64,000 bases of DNA from a virus, in the IMG/VR virus record IMGVR_UViG_3300006793_000013; one strand, given 5' to 3'. Of the stretch, positions 25,742 through 35,115 are shown piece by piece. The notes under the pieces were generated by a model. The model saw only the letters and a program-made list of their open reading frames with translations. It searched no databases and was not told where the DNA came from. The position numbers were made by a program, and so were the translations under genes. How positions within the stretch are numbered: position 1 is the first letter of the stretch; the number at the start of each line of letters is the position of its first letter.

Positions 25742-26122
25742 TTACCATTTCCTACATGACCAGTAACGTGCTTTAGTACGTGGTCCTGGGTTTGAACAAT
25801 TGTGTCTAGCACGGAAACTTTTACGTCTCTTTGGGTTAGACTTTTTAATACGCATATTAGGATCACCAAAGTTTACTTTTTTAATATTTTTAGTTTTGGG
25901 ATCTCTTACATATACTTTGAATTTCTTAACATCGCCACGCATTGGTTTACCTAGCGATACTTTACGTCCTTGGTATTCTGCTTCTTCAACGGGAACATCT
26001 TCGTGCCATGGCAAATAGCCATAGTATTCAAAGAATTCTTCACCATTAAATGTTTGTTCTTCGAGATCACTGATCTCTGTTACTGTTTCAATTGACTCTA
26101 GTTTTTTCAATAGATCGCGCAT
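25742..26122 (-). CDS. hypothetical protein, basic Cys/His C-terminal module (DUF6321-like, recalled)
   Basis: KVNFGDPNM...RKSFRARHNC...KARYWSCRKW. Confidence 0.6.
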   Translation of the reverse strand: MRDLLKKLESIETVTEISDLEEQTFNGEEFFEYYGYLPWHEDVPVEEAEYQGRKVSLGKPMRGDVKKFKVYVRDPKTKNIKKVNFGDPNMRIKKSNPKRRKSFRARHNCSNPGPRTKARYWSCRKW

Positions 26123-26172
26123 AGTATCCTCTCTTTACAAGATTATACTGTATTTAGCGTTATTAATCAAAC

Positions 26173-26529
26173 TTAGTAGTTATAAAGGACCTGGACTATT
26201 TGCCCGTCTTGAACGTTATGACCTGCTCTTAGCCATATAAACTTGCCTGTAAACGTCTGTGTGCCTATGTAATCTTCTATTCCTTGGCCGTAATAAGTAC
26301 TATCACCACCCCATTCTATTACATCTACCCAGTCATTCTCACCTGGCTCTTCTGCTAGTGTGCCTTGTACTTTAATAGTACCTTGAAAGGCATTGACATA
26401 GTACGCAACTGTATGCACACCGTCATTGTTTTTATGATATCCTGCACCTTTTTTCTTATCACCATATGTATATGCTGAATCAGATACAATTGAAGTTACA
26501 GGACCTAATAGTTGTCTACTCTCGCTCAT
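26173..26529 (-). CDS. hypothetical beta-rich protein, probably virion-associated
   Basis: 118 aa; TAAATA-GTAAT-ATG start. Confidence 0.6.
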   Translation of the reverse strand: MSESRQLLGPVTSIVSDSAYTYGDKKKGAGYHKNNDGVHTVAYYVNAFQGTIKVQGTLAEEPGENDWVDVIEWGGDSTYYGQGIEDYIGTQTFTGKFIWLRAGHNVQDGQIVQVLYNY

Positions 26530-26533
26530 ATTA

Positions 26534-27244
26534 CTATTTACCTGTTTTTACATATTTACGTACAGTGCCTATAAGGTCGTTACAGCGCAATCTAAGCATC
26601 AGTAGCGTACTATCGTTATCAACGTATATCCAACGTCTAGTGTTGAATATATCACGTTTAAGAAGCCAGTTATAGGTAGCATCAGTAAATGCAATAGCAG
26701 GTTTTCGTGAACGGCACCAGTCTGCTAAACTTTCAAGCTCTCCGAATGTTAAAGATTTAGGAGTTTTAAGATCTATCTGATAGTTATACATGCTGTGTGG
26801 TAATTCTTTTACAAATATTTCTTGATCACTATAAAGCAAAGTGTCTTCCATACCAGGAGCAGGCTCAAACCTGTTTCTAGTTATATCTGAAAACTCATAA
26901 CAAAGTGTTCCATAAAGTGTTTTGTTATTTGTATACACATCTAATATATCAGTTTCAATTCGAATAGTTACTTCATTCTTTGGTACTGAATTTATAATAC
27001 CTAAAAAAGATATCCATGTTTGACTATGCTTTAATATTGTATGAGCATTTCTTGTACGCCAAGTTGCTTCACTATAATCTGCTCCATCTGACTGTGGAGG
27101 CGGTCGTAAACCGGTCGCAAAGTCCAAGATCTCTTGATGACCGAGTGTACGTAAACTATATGCACCAGGTAACGTTAAACTAACTTTGTAGATATACTTG
27201 TTATAGAACTTCTTTTTAGTTTTCTTTGCTGTCTTAAGCATCAT
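26534..27244 (-). CDS. hypothetical protein
   Basis: 236 aa, overlaps the clpA stop. Confidence 0.6.
   Translation of the reverse strand: MMLKTAKKTKKKFYNKYIYKVSLTLPGAYSLRTLGHQEILDFATGLRPPPQSDGADYSEATWRTRNAHTILKHSQTWISFLGIINSVPKNEVTIRIETDILDVYTNNKTLYGTLCYEFSDITRNRFEPAPGMEDTLLYSDQEIFVKELPHSMYNYQIDLKTPKSLTFGELESLADWCRSRKPAIAFTDATYNWLLKRDIFNTRRWIYVDNDSTLLMLRLRCNDLIGTVRKYVKTGK
26535..26540 (-). promoter_or_regulatory. putative late promoter, leaderless
   Basis: TAAATA-GTAAT-ATG(26529). Confidence 0.55.
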
Positions 27245-29564
27245 TACTAGCCTGCGCCTTAGCAGCCAGCTTCTGTGCTTTACGTTCTTCTTTAGTCAAA
27301 GGCTTTGGCATAGGAGTAATTGTAAACGCTGGACCGTCTTTATCGATTGATACAGCAACTTTACCCCCGTCAACTAAATCTCCAAACAACACTCTCCTAC
27401 TTAAAGGTGTTTTAATTGTTTTATCAATTAATCTACCTAAAGGCCTTGCACCCATCTTAGGATTGTAACCTTTCTTAGATAACCAATTAACAGTATCTTC
27501 GTCAAGTGTAATTGCAATGTGCTTCTCTTTTAGTTGTGTATTAAGTTCTTTAATAAACTTATGAACAATACTTTTAACTACATCAGTAGATAGTTTAGCA
27601 AACTTAACTGTACCGTCTAATCTATTTCTAAACTCTGGAGCAAAAAACTTTTTAACTGCTTTATCATCTTCCGAGTCTTTCTCGTTATCAGCAAAGCCAA
27701 TTAATTTTGATTCATTATCAGCAGCACCTAAGTTACTTGTCATAATAAGAATAGTGTTACGTCCATCTGCACGTTTACCATTTGATCCTGTAACAAAACC
27801 GTTGTCCATAAACTGTAGCAAAATGTTTGATACATCTTTGTGTGCTTTTTCAATTTCGTCTAACAACAATACAGCATTAGGTGTTTCTTGTAACTTGTTA
27901 ATAAGTTGGCCAGCGTCATCATCAAATCCTACATAACCTGGAGGAGCACCAATTAATCTTGCAACACTGTGTTTTTCTTGATACTCTGACATATCAAAAC
28001 GTATTAGTGACATACCCATTTTCTCTGCAAGTTGTTTTGCTGTTTCTGTTTTACCTGTTCCTGTTGGTCCTAAGAATAAGAAACTACCAATTGGCTTGTC
28101 AGGATCTTTCATTCCACTTTGTGCAACAAAGATCTTATCAAGAATAGATTCAACTGCTTTGTCTTGTCCGAATACTGCTTTCTTCATTGACGCATCAAGT
28201 CCAGCAAGATTGTTACTTTCTTTTTGCGAAATAGTTTCTAGCGGCATACTTACCATTTTAGCAAGTTCGTATGTTACTTGTTCAATGTCAACAATTTGTG
28301 CAACTGTTTCAGTTTCGTCAGTTTCATTTAACTTGTATCTTGCTGAAGCACAATCAATAATATCAATTGCTTTGTCAGGTAACTTTTTATCAGCCATGTA
28401 CTTGACAGATAAGTTTACTGCTTGTTGAATTGCTTCATTTGTAATCTTAACATTATGATGCTGTTCGTAGTACTTACGTAAGCCTTTAATAATTTTTACT
28501 GTAAGATCTGCTGTTGGTTCGTCAATAGTTACACGTTGGAACCTACGCATTAATGCTCTATCTTTTTCAAAAGATTTTCTATACTCTTCCCAAGTAGTAG
28601 AAGCAATAACTTTCATGTTGCCTTTTGTAAGTGCAGGCTTCAGCATATTTGCTAAGTCGTTTGACTGTCCTTGTCCGCCTGAACCAGCACCACTCATCAT
28701 GTGTGCTTCATCAATGAATAAGATAATTTTACCTTTACGCTCAAGGGCCATTAGTACTGCCTTAATACGTTCTTCAAAGTCACCTCTATACTTACTACCA
28801 GCAACTAAAGAACTAATGTCTAAACTAAACACTAAATGATCTTGAATAAACTTAGGTACTTTCTTTTCATGAATCTTACGTGCAAGACCTTCAGCAATAG
28901 CAGTCTTACCAACACCTGGATCACCAACCATTAGTACGTTTGCTTTGTTACGTCTTGCTAATACTAATTCAATTTTTTCAATTTCTTCGTCACGTCCGAT
29001 AACAGGATCAATGACTCTTTGCTTTGCCTTCATAGACAAGTTAGTACAGAATTGATTAATAATTCTATCTAATTGATCTGGGCTTAGATTGATATCTTCT
29101 TCTCCGCCACCTTCAAACATTTCTTCACCAATATGATGTGCTTGGAAATGCTCTACAAATTTCTGTTTATCAATTCCACCTTTTGCTAAGAAGTAAAATG
29201 CAAAAGAGTTTTTCTCGCTCATAACACTAATGATTACGTCAGCAACTTCAATTTGATTACGTCCACTAAACAATACTTGTGTAAAGCATCTATTTAAAAC
29301 ACGTTCAACAGATGCAGTTTTCTTAGGATTTATATTCTTATCCTTAGAAACAATATCACCTAAGTTGTTTTTTAAGTAATGCTCTAGGTTCTTTTTAATA
29401 AAGTCAACATCAGCACCAAATTCTTTAAGACCACCTGCTGTATCTGGGTCAGCAAAAATTGAGTACACCAAATGCTCAATAGTAATATGTGTGTGCGTGT
29501 GGTTCTGCGCAACTACTACAGAGGCATCAAAAATCTTTTGTAATTGTTTACTAGGTTCAATCAT
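27234..29564 (-). CDS. clpA: ClpA-type AAA+ unfoldase
   Basis: Clp N-domain, Walker A GDPGVGKT and GPTGTGKT, FIDEAH/LLDEIEK, IGF loop, no ClpB middle domain. Confidence 0.93.
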   Translation of the reverse strand: MIEPSKQLQKIFDASVVVAQNHTHTHITIEHLVYSIFADPDTAGGLKEFGADVDFIKKNLEHYLKNNLGDIVSKDKNINPKKTASVERVLNRCFTQVLFSGRNQIEVADVIISVMSEKNSFAFYFLAKGGIDKQKFVEHFQAHHIGEEMFEGGGEEDINLSPDQLDRIINQFCTNLSMKAKQRVIDPVIGRDEEIEKIELVLARRNKANVLMVGDPGVGKTAIAEGLARKIHEKKVPKFIQDHLVFSLDISSLVAGSKYRGDFEERIKAVLMALERKGKIILFIDEAHMMSGAGSGGQGQSNDLANMLKPALTKGNMKVIASTTWEEYRKSFEKDRALMRRFQRVTIDEPTADLTVKIIKGLRKYYEQHHNVKITNEAIQQAVNLSVKYMADKKLPDKAIDIIDCASARYKLNETDETETVAQIVDIEQVTYELAKMVSMPLETISQKESNNLAGLDASMKKAVFGQDKAVESILDKIFVAQSGMKDPDKPIGSFLFLGPTGTGKTETAKQLAEKMGMSLIRFDMSEYQEKHSVARLIGAPPGYVGFDDDAGQLINKLQETPNAVLLLDEIEKAHKDVSNILLQFMDNGFVTGSNGKRADGRNTILIMTSNLGAADNESKLIGFADNEKDSEDDKAVKKFFAPEFRNRLDGTVKFAKLSTDVVKSIVHKFIKELNTQLKEKHIAITLDEDTVNWLSKKGYNPKMGARPLGRLIDKTIKTPLSRRVLFGDLVDGGKVAVSIDKDGPAFTITPMPKPLTKEERKAQKLAAKAQASNDA

Positions 29565-30083
29565 TTATTTTTGTCTCTTTTTTAATTTCTTCATAGCTAA
29601 TTGTAACTTCAACCGACTCACTTTGTCAACAAAACAAATGCCATTTAGGTGATCTAATTCATGCTGAAAGCATTTAGCAAGATAACCTTCTACTTTTGCT
29701 TCTTTCGTTTCGCCTTTTGAATTCTGATATTGTGCAACTATCATTTTAGGTCTCTGCAAATGTAACCATAAACCCGGAAAGCTCAAACAGCCTTCTTTAT
29801 CTAAAACATGTTCCTCACTTGCTTCTAAAATGACAGGATTAAAAACACAGAACGGTTCTGGAAAACCTGGTACGTTTTTTGATCCTATAGCAAACACTCT
29901 CTTTTTAATATTTAACTGGTTAGCAGCAAGACCAATGCCGTTGTGATTTAGCATAAAGTTACACATATCAAACTCTAATTTTTCTGGGTCTAGCTCTTCT
30001 TTATCAAAGTCCCATACTTCACTAGATTCATTTAGTGCTTTGTGTAAGCCTAATTTATAATCTAAATCTAATTTATAGTCCAT
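29565..30083 (-). CDS. def: peptide deformylase
   Basis: GIGLAANQ, EGCLS, HELDH. Confidence 0.95.
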   Translation of the reverse strand: MDYKLDLDYKLGLHKALNESSEVWDFDKEELDPEKLEFDMCNFMLNHNGIGLAANQLNIKKRVFAIGSKNVPGFPEPFCVFNPVILEASEEHVLDKEGCLSFPGLWLHLQRPKMIVAQYQNSKGETKEAKVEGYLAKCFQHELDHLNGICFVDKVSRLKLQLAMKKLKKRQK

Positions 30084-30882
30084 GTTTTATTTCCATAATT
30101 TTTTTACGTTGTTCGTCTGTATACTCTCTTGGCATAAGTGCTTTAATTTTTACTAACAAGTTTCCTCTCTTTTTTGTTCTTATATTTGGTAATCCTTCAC
30201 CGTTACAACTTAGTGTAGTATCGGGTGGTGTGCCTGCTGGTACGTTTAATTTAATTTGTCTGCCTGAAAGGGTAGTAACTACTGCGTGTGTGCCTAACAT
30301 CAAATCCCATATAAGAATTTTTTCTTCACATAGTATATTATCACCGTAGCGTTGGAACCTGGGGTGATTGCGAACACGAATATGCACCATTAGGTCTCCT
30401 GCTGGAATGTTTTGGATAGAATTATCTCCCATTCCTGCATACCTTACAGTTTGTCCTTCTTCAACACCTGCTGGAATATCAATATCGATTAGTTTAGTTC
30501 TGCCTGTAGGAAGTTGAACTTCCATAGCAATTTGTTTACCGTTGTAAACATCTTCCATTGTTACATCAAGAGCAAGATCAATTTGTCTATTCTGTGGTCT
30601 GCGTTGACCCATGTTAAAGCCAAAGTTTCTAAATAGATCTTCAAACCCATTGGGATTCATTCCTTCAAAACCGTTAGGGCCAAAGCCCTGTGGTTGAGGA
30701 TTATCGTACTGTTGTCTTTTTACAGGATCTTTTAGAGTTGAATATGCTTCGTTAATTTTCTTAAACTTTTCTTCATCACCACCCCTGTCAGGATGATGTT
30801 GCATACTTGCTTTCTTGTATGCTGATTTAAGTTCCTTTTCCGAAGCATCTCTATTGACGCCTAGTATAGAATAGTAGTCCAT
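30073..30882 (-). CDS. dnaJ: type II J-domain co-chaperone (DnaJ/CbpA-like)
   Basis: DYYSILGV, HHPDRGG, G/F-rich linker, C-terminal domain, no Zn finger. Confidence 0.92.
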   Translation of the reverse strand: MDYYSILGVNRDASEKELKSAYKKASMQHHPDRGGDEEKFKKINEAYSTLKDPVKRQQYDNPQPQGFGPNGFEGMNPNGFEDLFRNFGFNMGQRRPQNRQIDLALDVTMEDVYNGKQIAMEVQLPTGRTKLIDIDIPAGVEEGQTVRYAGMGDNSIQNIPAGDLMVHIRVRNHPRFQRYGDNILCEEKILIWDLMLGTHAVVTTLSGRQIKLNVPAGTPPDTTLSCNGEGLPNIRTKKRGNLLVKIKALMPREYTDEQRKKIMEIKHGL

Positions 30883-30911
30883 ACTAGTACTTATTTGTAA
30901 TACTTAGTGGG

Positions 30912-31205
30912 CTACTTCTTACTGGTTCCAGCGTATAAGCCAAACCATGCAGCACCAGCACCAACTACAACTGAAACAAGTCCTGACTGTTCCATAGTAG
31001 CAGCCGTTCCTAATCCCATGTACCAATGTACAACTTGATATAGCAAAACAATATACACTGTGATAAACAGTCTTGGAAATATTCTCCAACTGTCTACAGC
31101 TCTTGCAAGATCAATCCAAGTTTGGTATCTATTTTTAGAACTGTCAACAGTAGTTGTATCTACTTCAAGTTCGATATTTACTTTTTTAGTTTGAGTGTCG
31201 CTCAT
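30912..31205 (-). CDS. two-TM membrane protein, holin candidate
   Basis: Two hydrophobic segments; end of lysis cassette. Confidence 0.5.
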   Translation of the reverse strand: MSDTQTKKVNIELEVDTTTVDSSKNRYQTWIDLARAVDSWRIFPRLFITVYIVLLYQVVHWYMGLGTAATMEQSGLVSVVVGAGAAWFGLYAGTSKK

Positions 31206-31486
31206 TATCTCTTCCCCTCAAGATGTTTAATACGTTTTTCTAATTCGTCAATCTTTGATGTAATTTTAGGATATTTAACACGCCAGGCGTCCGGGTCATC
31301 CTGTAACCAAGTCCACCCCCAACGTACTGCTAGGTAAGCAAGAAAGTTATCAAACTTTGCAACTGCCCAAGTTGCCATTCTTGTGTCTTTAAACCAAAAC
31401 AAGAATGCTGCTCCAAGTAGAGAACCTGCGATTGCTGTGTAGATCCACAAGCGATCAGTCGCCATTCTTTCTATCATTTCCCACAT
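31205..31486 (-). CDS. membrane protein, holin/antiholin candidate
   Basis: N-terminal TM; TAAATA at 31512-31517 and GGAG SD. Confidence 0.5.
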   Translation of the reverse strand: MWEMIERMATDRLWIYTAIAGSLLGAAFLFWFKDTRMATWAVAKFDNFLAYLAVRWGWTWLQDDPDAWRVKYPKITSKIDELEKRIKHLEGKR

Positions 31487-31518
31487 ATTCGCTCCTAGTT
31501 AATTATAGTAGTATTTAT

Positions 31519-31680
31519 TTAAAATGCACAATTAACTTCAGCTTTGGGCTTGACGTTAGGTAGTTGTTTGGTATCTGTTGATTCGATGCTTACATCTACG
31601 CCAGGTTTAAGTTTACAGCGTAGTTGTTGACAGGAGGCAAGCATAACTAGAAATGCTATTATGATCGCCCTTGTTAGCAC
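31519..31680 (-). CDS. small lipoprotein (53 aa, not in ORF track)
   Basis: GTG start overlapping the o-spanin stop; MLTRAIIIAFLVMLAS-C lipobox; two further Cys. Confidence 0.6.
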   Translation of the reverse strand: MLTRAIIIAFLVMLASCQQLRCKLKPGVDVSIESTDTKQLPNVKPKAEVNCAF

Positions 31681-32060
31681 TATTTTTCTTCAGCAGTTTC
31701 GCTTTCGTAGTACTCTTTATAAGCATCAATGATTTTGTTTTGCTTGATCATGTATGCACGGATTTGTGCATAATTTTTTCTAAAGTTTTCGTAGTCTTCG
31801 TCTGTTAATCCTATGATAACAGGATCAATGTTATTCTTTTCTAAGTCTTTAAATACTTGTTCTGCGTTTTCGCGATTAATTATGATCCAGCGAACTTGTT
31901 CTAGTGCTGCTGGTTCAGGTAAAGGTAAGTTTAATGGTCTGCGTTCAACTTCTGTTTTAAAAACTTCTAACGGCTTAATCGTACTACAACTAGTAAGCAA
32001 CGTAGTTAGGATTAGCAAGTTCAGGACAAACAGAATTGACCTTTGACTTCTTTGTAGCAT
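31680..32060 (-). CDS. outer-membrane spanin (Rz1-like lipoprotein)
   Basis: LLTS-C lipobox, Pro-rich segment, start overlaps the i-spanin 3' end. Confidence 0.7.
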   Translation of the reverse strand: MLQRSQRSILFVLNLLILTTLLTSCSTIKPLEVFKTEVERRPLNLPLPEPAALEQVRWIIINRENAEQVFKDLEKNNIDPVIIGLTDEDYENFRKNYAQIRAYMIKQNKIIDAYKEYYESETAEEK

Positions 32061-32475
32061 TTAACTCCTCTTCAGTTAACGGAGCGCCGCCTATAATTTC
32101 AAAACAACGTCTCTCGTGAACTTCATCTTTATTTAAAATTCTTTCAATGGACTTTGGTCTAGTTACTGATAAAGCCCCAATATCTCTCTTATCACCTGCT
32201 GCATTTAGTTTATTAAATTTTTCATTTAGGTTTCTATTTGCAGTTTCTAATACTCTATTTAAGTCCTCAAGGTCATTTCGGACTTTAATAATGGCTTCAA
32301 AATCTTTTTTCTGCTGTTCAATTACAGCCTTTTGCTCATTGATGCCATCTTCTAGTTTAACAATGTTTGCTTTTGCTGTGTCAAGATCTTTTTGTAATGC
32401 TTTCACATACATAAATCCGCCACCTGCCGCAGCAAGTACAACTAGAATCATTGCTATTCTAATACTACTGAACAA
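31990..32475 (-). CDS. inner-membrane spanin (Rz-like)
   Basis: N-terminal TM then long coiled coil, two C-terminal Cys. Confidence 0.7.
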   Translation of the reverse strand: MFSSIRIAMILVVLAAAGGGFMYVKALQKDLDTAKANIVKLEDGINEQKAVIEQQKKDFEAIIKVRNDLEDLNRVLETANRNLNEKFNKLNAAGDKRDIGALSVTRPKSIERILNKDEVHERRCFEIIGGAPLTEEELNATKKSKVNSVCPELANPNYVAY

Positions 32476-32695
32476 TGTTCTTCTCCACCTCGTTTAGTAA
32501 GTCTTGTACTGTTTCAATGTTAAATGTATCTTCTTCTGGAATATTGATTTCTAATTTTTTACAAACTTGATCGGTAACATCAACAATGTCAAAATCATCT
32601 CCATCTAAATCATCAATGAAATGACTTGCTTCAGTGATCTCTTTTCCAGTACCGAAATGTCTTTCCAGTACTTGCATGACTTGCTCTTTCCACAT
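32465..32695 (-). CDS. acyl-carrier-protein homologue lacking the phosphopantetheine Ser
   Basis: FIDDLDGDDFDIVDV aligns to ACP FVEDLGADSLDTVEL (Ser36 to Asp); IPEED..IETVQ matches IPDEE..ITTVQ. Confidence 0.75.
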   Translation of the reverse strand: MWKEQVMQVLERHFGTGKEITEASHFIDDLDGDDFDIVDVTDQVCKKLEINIPEEDTFNIETVQDLLNEVEKNIVQ

Positions 32696-32698
32696 AAT

Positions 32699-32842
32699 TT
32701 AATCCTCGTTAGTTTGTGCTTCGTATTTATACCTTGGATATTGACACACTACTATCTCTATTGGCTTATTGTCTCCATCCTTAAATGTTTCGACTAATCG
32801 GCCTTCGTGTTCCCTTCCACAGTTTTGACAAACTCCGGACAT
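32699..32842 (-). CDS. small Cys/His protein (47 aa, not in ORF track)
   Basis: MSGVCQNCGREHEGRLVETFKDGDNKPIEIVVCQYPRYKYEAQTNED; fills the endolysin-ACP gap. Confidence 0.55.
   Translation of the reverse strand: MSGVCQNCGREHEGRLVETFKDGDNKPIEIVVCQYPRYKYEAQTNED
32724..32731 (-). promoter_or_regulatory. T4-type late promoter TATAAATA upstream of the ACP-like gene
   Basis: Exact TATAAATA 28 nt before ATG(32695), GAGG SD in between. Confidence 0.55.
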
Positions 32843-32843
32843 T

Positions 32844-33683
32844 CTACTCCATCAACTTAGCAAGGGTCTTAGGACCTACAATGCCGTCTGCAACTAAACC
32901 ATTTTTGGTTTGCCACTCTTTAACAGCCTTTTCAGTACCAGGACCAAAGTCGCCGTCTGCTGCAATACCAAGTTTCTCTTGCATTTGCATAACTGCTGGA
33001 CCTTTTGCACCTTTTCTTAAAATACCAACAACTGGTGCTGGTGCTTTACTAGGATCAAAGTTTCCACCTAATACATCTAAGAAATGTTTAAAATGTTTTT
33101 TACGATCTTCAAGGCCTACTGTTCCGCCGTTAACCTTTTTACTCATAGCAACAATATCTTGATTGTCAGCCATAGCATTAATATTTCTTGTGTCCCAGAA
33201 CCAACATGCACTTTCTAATGCACCTTTGATAGTAGTTACATAATCAATTACTTCTTCAGCAGTCATGCCAATTGTTTTACCAAAGTCAGCATAGTTAGCA
33301 CGACCAGTTAATTGAATAACACCTCTACCACGGAAACGCCAACCATCTCCTGATGCTGTATCTCCATTACCAATTCTATTTGCGTATGTTACGTTTGCAA
33401 TTTTTTCTGGTTGTCTTGCATATTCGTTTGCATCTCTGCCACCACGTGCAAAGTATTTTCCAAATACTGCATCTAATGCTTTTGCACTATAGTTTAAATT
33501 TTCTTCAAGTACTCTAAAGTTAAGACTTTCGTGAGCGCATTGTGCTAAAAATCCTGCTGCTCTATCGACAGTATCAATTTCATACTTAGGAAGCATCTCA
33601 AGAAGTGCTTCATACCATTCGTCTACTTTACTGTTACCGTGCAATACTTCTGCACACATCTCTTTTGTAAACTCAAATTTCAT
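32844..33683 (-). CDS. endolysin: GH19 domain plus PG_binding_1 domain
   Basis: FLAQCAHES, FRGRGVIQLTGRANY, VNGG; C-terminal ADGDFGPGT/ADGIVGPKT. Confidence 0.9.
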   Translation of the reverse strand: MKFEFTKEMCAEVLHGNSKVDEWYEALLEMLPKYEIDTVDRAAGFLAQCAHESLNFRVLEENLNYSAKALDAVFGKYFARGGRDANEYARQPEKIANVTYANRIGNGDTASGDGWRFRGRGVIQLTGRANYADFGKTIGMTAEEVIDYVTTIKGALESACWFWDTRNINAMADNQDIVAMSKKVNGGTVGLEDRKKHFKHFLDVLGGNFDPSKAPAPVVGILRKGAKGPAVMQMQEKLGIAADGDFGPGTEKAVKEWQTKNGLVADGIVGPKTLAKLME

Positions 33684-34435
33684 TATTCAATCCTTTGTAA
33701 TATCATGGACTTCTGTCCATTAGTAAATACGAAGTCAGCGCCAACTTTGTTAATATTGTAATCGCCTAGTACTTTGCTTAACCAAAATGTTTCAGCAGAA
33801 GCATCTAAACCAATATCCGTAGTTGCATCAAGACCTTCGATTATATCTTTTGTTGCGCCCTCTTTTATCCATTTCATCTTGATAACATTACCGAAGGGCT
33901 TGTAAAATGTAATGATATCATCTTCAAGTTCTAAGTTGTCCATAAGCGTTTTAGAAAAGAAAGTCTTTACTTCGTCTGTTCTTACCTGTGCTAGTTTCGC
34001 TTCGTACATTTGTTTATCTGTAGGAATAACTTTGCTTAAATTTTCTCTTGTAGCTTCTCTTTTCTTATCGTCTTTATAGTATTGAAACTTCCAATCTTCA
34101 ATGCCTGTTAGTTTAGATACACCATAAAGTAAATCGTCAATTTGTTCTGCTAGCCTTTTGTTTCTTTCAATTTCTACAAATACTGAATATTCGCCTTCTT
34201 CGTTCTCTCCTGAACTAACATCTGCATCAAGCACAAATGAAAATCCTTTTTCGATAAACTCCATTAAATCTCTTGCTGGGTATCTGTCTTTTGCTTGGAA
34301 TGTTACAACACAAACATCTCTATCTTCTCCCATCTTTGATCTAAACTTATCTACTTCAAACATAGGATATACTAGATCCACTAGATCGTTTTTACGTAAT
34401 CCTTCTTCTAAAACTTTATTGTGCTGCTGTGTCAT
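33683..34435 (-). CDS. hypothetical protein
   Basis: 250 aa ORF in late operon. Confidence 0.65.
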   Translation of the reverse strand: MTQQHNKVLEEGLRKNDLVDLVYPMFEVDKFRSKMGEDRDVCVVTFQAKDRYPARDLMEFIEKGFSFVLDADVSSGENEEGEYSVFVEIERNKRLAEQIDDLLYGVSKLTGIEDWKFQYYKDDKKREATRENLSKVIPTDKQMYEAKLAQVRTDEVKTFFSKTLMDNLELEDDIITFYKPFGNVIKMKWIKEGATKDIIEGLDATTDIGLDASAETFWLSKVLGDYNINKVGADFVFTNGQKSMILQRIE

Positions 34436-34952
34436 CTGCTGGTGCCTCTTGTTGTGCTGCTACTTCTTGTGCAGGCTCAAGGTTCATATTAACTGCATTG
34501 TTCGCCATGATGTCTTGTACTTTATTTCTATCAAGGTTCTTATAACCGCGATCAATGTTTTTCATTAAACGTTTTGGCATAGCAATTTTCACCATCCAAA
34601 TGTTTTCGTAGTCGATTTTACCTTTTCTTGTACCAGGTCTAATATCGTCTACTGCTTTAATTTTTCTAACTTTAGCAATAGCAGATTCTGCAAAGCCTAC
34701 TTTGCATCCGTATTCTTTTAATCTTTTACCGCCTTGTGGTTCAGGCATATTTTCATATGGCCACATAAACGTACATTCAACAAAGTATCTTGATTCGTTA
34801 GGACCAGACACTAATTCGCCATCTAACCAGCCGTCATACACATACACGTCTAATTCATCTAAGACACGTTCGAAGTCTTTTAGTAGATTTAGGCTGTTAT
34901 TTGAACCATAAATTTGTTCAATGTTTGCAATAATATCTTTAGTAGTTGCCAT
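34416..34952 (-). CDS. hypothetical protein
   Basis: 178 aa; TAAATA at 34983-34988 and GGAG SD. Confidence 0.65.
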   Translation of the reverse strand: MATTKDIIANIEQIYGSNNSLNLLKDFERVLDELDVYVYDGWLDGELVSGPNESRYFVECTFMWPYENMPEPQGGKRLKEYGCKVGFAESAIAKVRKIKAVDDIRPGTRKGKIDYENIWMVKIAMPKRLMKNIDRGYKNLDRNKVQDIMANNAVNMNLEPAQEVAAQQEAPADDTAAQ

Positions 34953-35115
34953 CTGAGATTTCCTGTTCTCCTATTGTTATTGTATTTATGCTCAAATTTA
35001 AACTAAGAGCTTTATATATGAATTAATCGAGTAAATATTAGTATGTTCGAACACGGACTTAACATCGCTAATTTAGGTATAACTCTGTGTTTGAGCCCAA
35101 CAAAGCACGGAGGAA

